The notes under the pieces are model-generated. The model was not told the DNA's origin and searched no databases. It saw nothing but the letters and a program-made list of their open reading frames with translations. A stretch of 64,000 bases of DNA from Auanema rhodensis (lineage: Eukaryota > Animalia > Nematoda). The first letter of the stretch is position 1, and each line of letters opens with the position of its first letter. Both the position numbers and the translations under genes were made by a program. Where the stretch lies: NCBI GenBank assembly GCA_964057225.1, contig OZ059895.1, positions 19,282,001 through 19,346,000 of the forward strand. The letters are read 5' to 3'. Positions 59,601 to 64,000 of this stretch are shown piece by piece.

Positions 59601-62600
59601 TAAATGCCAAAGTCATGGTTACCATGCACCAATATCAATAAAAATTTGTTTTTAGACTAATATGGACATGAGAAATCTAATTTTGAAAACCGCATCTCTT
59701 CATCTTTCACGTGAAGCGAGTTACATACCATGTGCACATCACGTGTATATATAATTAGCATAAATTAAAGTTCACGTAAATTTCAAAGTCATGGTTACCA
59801 TGCACCAATATCAATAAAAATTTGTTTTTAGACTAATATGGACATGGGGAATCTAATTTTGAAAACCGCATCTTTTTATCTTTCACGGGAAGCGAGTTAC
59901 ATACCATGTGCACAGCACGTGTACAATTAATTAGCATAAATTAAAGTTCACGTAAATTTCAAAGTCATTGTTACCACGCACCAATATCAATAATGTTATG
60001 TTTTTAGACTAATATGGACATGGGGAATCTAATTCTGAAAACCGCATCTCTTTATCTTTCACGGGAAGCGAGTTATTACATATCATTTGCACATCACGTG
60101 TATATATAATTAGCATAAATTAAAGTTCACGTAAATGCCAAAGTCATGGTTACCATGCACCAATATCAATAAAAATTTGTTTTTAGACTAATATGGACAT
60201 GAGAAATCTAATTTTGAAAACCGCATCTCTTCATCTTTCACGTGAAGCGAGTTACATACCACGTGCACATCACGTGTACATTTAATTAGCATAAATTAAA
60301 GTTCACGTAAATTTCAAAGTCATGGTTACCATACACCAATATCAATAAAAATTTGTTTTTAGACTAATATGGACATAGGGAATCTAATTTTGAAAACCGC
60401 ATCTCTTTATCTTTCACGGGAAGCGAGTTACATACCGTTTGCACATCACGTGTATATATAATTAGCATAAATTAAAGTTCACGTAAATTTCAAAGTCATG
60501 GTTACCATACACCGATATCAATAATGTTATGGTTTTAGACTAATATGGACATGGGGAATCTAATTTTGAGAACCGCATCTCTTTATCTTTCACGGGAAGC
60601 GAGTTACATACCATTTGCACATCACGTGTATATATAATTAGCATAAATTAAAGTTCACGTAAATTTCAAAGTCATGGTTACCATGCACCAATATCAATAA
60701 AAGGGAATCTAATTTTGAGAACCGCATCTCTTTATCTTTCACGGGAAGCGAGTTACATACCATGTGCACATCACGTGTACAATAAATTAGCATAAATTAA
60801 AGTTCACGTAAATTTGAAATTCATGGTAACCATACACCGATATCAATAATGTTTTGTTTTTAGACTAATATGGACATAGGGAATCTAATTTTGAAAACCG
60901 CATCTCTTTATCTTTCACGGGAAGCGAGTTACATACCGTTTGCACATCACGTGTATATATAATTAGCATAAATTAAAGTTCACGTAAATTTCAAAGTCAT
61001 GGTTACCATACACCGATATCAATAATGTTATGGTTTTAGACTAATATGGACATGGGGAATCTAATTTTGAGAACCGCATCTCTTTATCTTTCACGGGAAG
61101 CGAGTTACATACCATTTGCACATCACGTGTATATATAATTAGCATAAATTAAAGTTCACGTAAATTTCAAAGTCATGGTTACCATGCACCAATATCAATA
61201 AAAGGGAATCTAATTTTGAGAACCGCATCTCTTTATCTTTCACGGGAAGCGAGTTACATACCATGTGCACATCACGTGTACAATAAATTAGCATAAATTA
61301 AAGTTCACGTAAATTTGAAATTCATGGTAACCATACACCGATATCAATAATGTTTTGTTTTTAGACTAATATGGACATGGGGAATCTAATTTTGAAAACC
61401 GCATCTTTTTATCTTTCACGGGAAGCGAGTTACATACCATGTGCACAGCACGTGTACAATTAATTAGCATAAATTAAAGTTCACGTAAATTTCAAAGTCA
61501 TGGTTAACATGCACCAATATCGATAAAAATTTGTTTTAAGACTAATATGGACATGAGAAATCTAATTTTGAAAACCGCATCTCTTTATCTTTCACGGGAA
61601 GCGAGTTATTACATATCATTTGCACATCACGTGTATATATAATTAGCACAAATTAAAGTTCACGTAAATGCAAAGTCATGGTTACCATGCACCAATATCA
61701 ATAAAAATTTGTTTTTAGACTAATATGGACATGAGAAATCTAATTTTGAAAACCGCATCTTTTTATCTTTCACGGGAAGCGAGTTACATACCATGTGCAC
61801 AGCACGTGTACAATTAATTAGCATAAATTAAAGTTCACGTAAATTTCAAAGTCATTGTTACCACGCACCAATATCAATAATGTTATGTTTTTAGACTAAT
61901 ATGGACATGGGGAATCTAATTCTGAAAACCGCATCTCTTTATCTTTCACGGGAAGCGAGTTATTACATATCATTTGCACATCACGTGTATATATAATTAG
62001 CATAAATTAAAGTTCACGTAAATGCCAAAGTCATGGTTACCATGCACCAATATCAATAAAAATTTGTTTTTAGACTAATATGGACATGAGAAATCTAATT
62101 TTGAAAACCGCATCTCTTCATCTTTCACGTGAAGCGAGTTACATACCACGTGCACATCACGTGTACATTTAATTAGCATAAATTAAAGTTCACGTAAATT
62201 TCAAAGTCATGGTTACCATACACCAATATCAATAAAAATTTGTTTTTAGACTAATATGGACATAGGGAATCTAATTTTGAAAACCGCATCTCTTTATCTT
62301 TCACGGGAAGCGAGTTACATACCGTTTGCACATCACGTGTATATATAATTAGCATAAATTAAAGTTCACGTAAATTTCAAAGTCATGGTTACCATACACC
62401 GATATCAATAATGTTATGGTTTTAGACTAATATGGACATGGGGAATCTAATTTTGAGAACCGCATCTCTTTATCTTTCACGGGAAGCGAGTTACATACCA
62501 CGTGCACATCACGTGTATATTTAATTAGCATAAATTAAAGTTCACGTAAATTTCAAAGTCATGGTTACCATACACCGATATCAATAATGTTATGGTTTTA

Positions 62601-64000
62601 GACTAATATGGACATGGGGAATCTAATTTTGAAAACCGCATCTCTTCATCTTTCACGTGAAGCGAGTTACATACCACGTGCACATCACGTGTACATTTAA
62701 TTAGCATAAATTAAAGTTCACGTAAATTTCAAAGTCATGGTTACCATACACCAATATCAATAAAAATTTGTTTTTAGACTAATATGGACATAGGGAATCT
62801 AATTTTGAAAACCGCATCTCTTTATCTTTCACGGGAAGCGAGTTACATACCGTTTGCACATCACGTGTATATATAATTAGCATAAATTAAAGTTCACGTA
62901 AATTTCAAAGTCATGGTTACCATGCACCAATATCAATAAAAGGGAATCTAATTTTGAGAACCGCATCTCTTTATCTTTCACGGGAAGCGAGTTACATACC
63001 ATGTGCACATCACGTGTACAATAAATTAGCATAAATTAAAGTTCACGTAAATTTGAAATTCATGGTAACCATACACCGATATCAATAATGTTTTGTTTTT
63101 AGACTAATATGGACATGGGGAATCTAATTTTGAAAACCGCATCTTTTTATCTTTCACGGGAAGCGAGTTACATACCATGTGCACATCACGTGTATATACA
63201 TATAATTAGCATGAAATAAAGTTCACGTAAATTTCAAAGTCATGGTTACCATGCACCAATATCAATAAAAATTTGTTTTTAGACTAATATGGACATGGGG
63301 AATCTAATTTTGAAAACCGCATCTTTTTATCTTTCACGGGAAGCGAGTTACATACCATGTGCACATCACGTGTATATATAATTAGCATAAATTAAAGTTC
63401 ACGTAAATTTCAAAGTCATTGTTACCACGCACCAATATCAATAATGTTATGTTTTTAGACTAATATGGACATGGGGAATCTAATTCTGAAAACCGCATCT
63501 CTTTATCTTTCACGGGAAGCGAGTTATTACATATCATTTGCACATCACGTGTATATATAATTAGCACAAATTAAAGTTCACGTAAATGCCAAAGTCATGG
63601 TTACCATGCACCAATATCAATAAAAATTTGTTTTTAGACTAATATGGACATGAGAAATCTAATTTTGAAAACCGCATCTCTTCATCTTTCACGTGAAGCG
63701 AGTTACATACCATGTGCACATCACGTGTATATACATATAATTAGCATGAATTAAAGTTCACGTAAATTTCAAAGTCATGGTTACCATGCACCAATATCAA
63801 TAAAAATTTGTTTTTAGACTAATATGGACATGGGGAATCTAATTTTGAAAACCGCATCTTTTTATCTTTCACGGGAAGCGAGTTACATACCATGTGCACA
63901 TCACGTGTATATATAATTAGCATAAATTAAAGTTCACGTAAATTTCAAAGTCATTGTTACCACGCACCAATATCAATAATGTTATGTTTTTAGACTAATA
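44660..64000 (+). repeat. Right-hand satellite domain with its own monomer subtypes and multi-kb repeated blocks (offsets 8060/8236, 5254, 5609, 4517, 501)
   Basis: Domain-specific alleles: cttCatc + ttcacgTgaa, aaatGCc, atgAgAaa, catAggg, accGttt, a 180-bp tatACATata monomer and the 149-bp monomer. Offset +8060: attAtgaaaa 46894/54954, junction 48089/56149, ORF copies 47849/55909. Offset +8236: 50188/58424. gcaCaaatt occurs at 53441/59050/63567. Confidence 0.88.
45015..45163 (+). repeat. First 149-bp monomer (27-bp deletion of monomer positions 101-127); 9 copies counted, all beyond 45 kb
   Basis: Junction CAATAAAA|GGGAATC falls after 45114, 48089, 50188, 52815, 56149, 58424, 60702, 61203 and 62941. 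Confidence 0.93.

Larger units (their letters stand above)
1..64000 (+). repeat. Tandem satellite DNA array, 176-bp AT-rich monomer, ~380 head-to-tail units, running off both window ends (probable centromeric/heterochromatic satDNA)
   Basis: The GTTACA(T/C)ACC start recurs at 1, 177, 353, 529 and onward (period 176). Monomers differ at only a few recurring sites. I saw no unique sequence or orientation switch. The representative monomer has 58/176 G+C. Centromeric location is an inference from monomer length and homogeneity. Confidence 0.98.

Noticed and set aside
1-64000. CRISPR array or other prokaryotic repeat-spacer system
   Set aside because: There are no unique spacers, the whole unit is repeated, and there are no cas or other genes.
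1-64000. 5S rDNA, tRNA or snRNA tandem gene array, or transposon-derived termini
   Set aside because: I see no recognisable structured-RNA sequence, pol III A/B/C boxes, terminal inverted repeats, LTRs or target-site duplications.

Overview
The whole 64 kb window is one uninterrupted, head-to-tail, single-orientation satellite DNA array. It is built from a 176-bp monomer of about 33% GC; a representative sequence is GTTACATACCATGTGCACATCACGTGTACAATTAATTAGCATAAATTAAAGTTCACGTAAATTTCAAAGTCATGGTTACCATGCACCAATATCAATAAAAATTTGTTTTTAGACTAATATGGACATGGGGAATCTAATTTTGAAAACCGCATCTCTTTATCTTTCACGGGAAGCGA. There are roughly 380 units. I see no genes, RNA genes, transposons, CRISPR spacers or inversions, and the three listed ORFs are by-products of a stop-loss SNP in the repeat. 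The region is most likely eukaryotic centromeric, pericentromeric or other heterochromatic satellite; I cannot name the species or family. I found no evidence of a new protein-coding or defence system. The interesting signal lies in the array architecture: length-variant monomers (71, 149, 175, 179, 180, 194 bp), a 1198-bp higher-order repeat containing two 71-bp units, nested multi-kb duplications, about five variant-defined domains whose outer ones are related, apparently reused breakpoints, and variants centred on the monomer's palindromes. All counts and offsets were made by hand.
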